64,000 bases of DNA from Camelus dromedarius (taxonomy: Eukaryota), in NCBI RefSeq assembly GCF_036321535.1, contig NC_087437.1:92506001-92570000 (forward strand), written 5' to 3'. How positions within the stretch are numbered: position 1 is the stretch's first letter; every line of letters begins with the position of its first letter. The translations under genes were made by a program, and so were the position numbers. Positions 62,043 through 64,000 of the stretch are shown here, piece after piece. The notes beneath the pieces were generated by a model, which saw only the letters and a list, made by a program, of their open reading frames with translations, was not told the DNA's origin and made no database searches.

Positions 62043-64000
62043 GTGCTACTAGCTATGCATTAGCTTCCGTGAAGTAATTACCAATTATATAAGGGCAATC
62101 TCTCAAATCCCCTTGAGGTCCTTGAGAACATCTGCTCCTGCTACTTGCCATTCTTCCTCTTCCAGTATTTCTACATGTACCAATTTTTCCCTCCATCCCC
62201 ATCATATAGCATTAGTCAGAAAAAACAGTGGATATAATTAACATTAAAATAAATTTAGGAATAGATGACTATTGCTTTCATCCAAGCTAATTTCATCTTT
62301 ATAATTAGCTAACATTTTATAACAAAATCTTGTAAGAGAATCCTAAGAATCTTGATTATTTTCATTCTGCCTGGTCCCCATGCCAAGAACTGTTAACTTT
62401 AGTAATATTCCTTACTTACTTTTTAATATATTATTTATATTTTTGGTCTAACTGAAAGCTCAACTATTAATTTAAATTTTTTAATTACTCATTTTTTTGT
62501 TTGTTTTTGATTTTGAGTAGTGTAAAAATGTAGTAAAGATTTTTTTTTCCTAAGCTGAAAAGCATGTAACACATGGCAGAAAGAATTCCAACAAATATGG
62601 TTAACATTTTGAAATACTGGTATTTAAAGTGGTAAGATTCGGGATTTAGAAATTATCAGTGTATAATACCTTAGCCCCCGGTGGCATCAGGTCAGTGAGA
62701 CAGTAATTATATGTTAGTATGTGTGACCTATTATTCTTTACAAATATCATACAATCTAATGACTTAGATGGCAACAGAATTCCCTATACCTTTACAAATC
62801 CATTTTAGTTATTTTAATTTCTGAAAAAGTACATTTTTTATAATTACATTATGATGTTTAGCACAAAGTAAATTAATTTATTTTATCCATATGCCACAAA
62901 AGGTCAAATTCCACCTGTTCATGTTCTCTATTTTCTGAAATGAATAGTATTTAGGTTTCCAAAAGAAATACAGATGTTGACAGCCTCTGGGAAACGTAAG
63001 CTTTTGTTTTTACAACAATTCTTAGATATCTATTCAATGGATTATGGCATGAACCTGGCAGCACATGAGTTCACTTTTTGGTCAGTATTGGCACCTTAGT
63101 AGTGGATGTAATAAATGGCATATAAACGTTTTATTCATTATGATGTGCTCATTGTTTTAATGAAAAGAATAAGAGAGTAAGTAAAAATGATGTTCCATAA
63201 CAAAATGCTGCTCCCAATAATGCAGTTCATTATGAGCTCACTAGCCACACTAGGTTACAACTTTGCATATGGAATTCATATTTTTTTTCAATTTGGGACA
63301 ATAGTATTTTAACAGAGGTCATGGATACAATGCCAGGGTCATGGGAATTGAGTGGCAGTATGAGGCTTTTATCTAGGAAAAGAGAAAACAATTAGTTTGT
63401 TTTTAAGATTGATGTCCCTGATTTTCATTTTACTTTGCTAGTAAAACCTGGTACACACTGGTAACTCAAAAAAATTATCAAAGTTAATTTCATATTCTGT
63501 GTCACTCCATCATGAATTTCCATCAGTGTGGATAATATGTGCACAGCAGTAGATGGGAAATTCAATACATTAATAAGAATAAGCCTATTAATAAGCCCCA
63601 AATAATTATCTCTTCATTTGTATACTGTCATACTTATCACCATATTACCTACTCCAAATATGTATATGCAATGATATCCAGTGATCTTGTGCACTATATG
63701 AGGCAAGTTATCCAATAACTACCTATTATGTGCAAAGAGATATCTCTAAAGGAGATATCATTCCTTCTGATCATCAGACTTTCAAAATATATTGTATTTT
63801 AAGGATTAGTTATTTCACAAGTAATAACAATGGAAGACATGATCCTGTCTTGAATAAATTTCTGTATTAGTGGAGAAAACAGATAAAGGCAAATTAACTC
63901 ATGTTAGTATCTTTATATACAACACAATCCAAAGTTATTTATTCATATCACTATTAAATTTCTAGAATGATCCAGATAATGGGACCCAATGAGGTAAGTA

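Noticed and set aside
62672..62688. CTCF-like motif (minus strand GCCACCGGGGGCTA)
   Set aside because: One base short in the core relative to CCACCAGGGGGC; too weak to call
63955..64000. 28-nt plus-strand exon (TTCTAG|...GAG|GTAAGT) with a cadherin-like DPDNG peptide
   Set aside because: Weak polypyrimidine tract, the DPDNG frame ends in TGA, it abuts an L2-like fragment, and one such donor is expected by chance; cannot be judged at the window edge

Overview
AT-rich, gene-poor mammalian DNA (intergenic or deep intronic). It is most likely camelid, judging by a tRNA-Ala-derived vic-1-type SINE and cetartiodactyl-style L1 3' ends. I can support no intact protein-coding gene, RNA gene or CRISPR array; the ORF track is dominated by LINE-1 remnants and random short ORFs. 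A large part of the window is transposon debris: several L1 copies (one near full-length but 3'-truncated at 43.7-49.3 kb), MaLR/ERV solo LTRs, MIR, L2, a long interrupted L3/CR1, hAT MITEs and microsatellites. I found no convincing novel biological system. The strongest oddity is a ~118-bp segment of the L3/CR1 at 57.4 kb that also sits inside an MLT1A LTR 29.76 kb upstream, with microhomology at both junctions, which looks like a fossil templated-insertion repair event. Weaker leads are a REST/RE1-like site beside a candidate minus-strand first exon (~39.9 kb) and a candidate 12-nt microexon (5.76 kb). Repeat family names come from remembered consensus sequences and boundaries are approximate.
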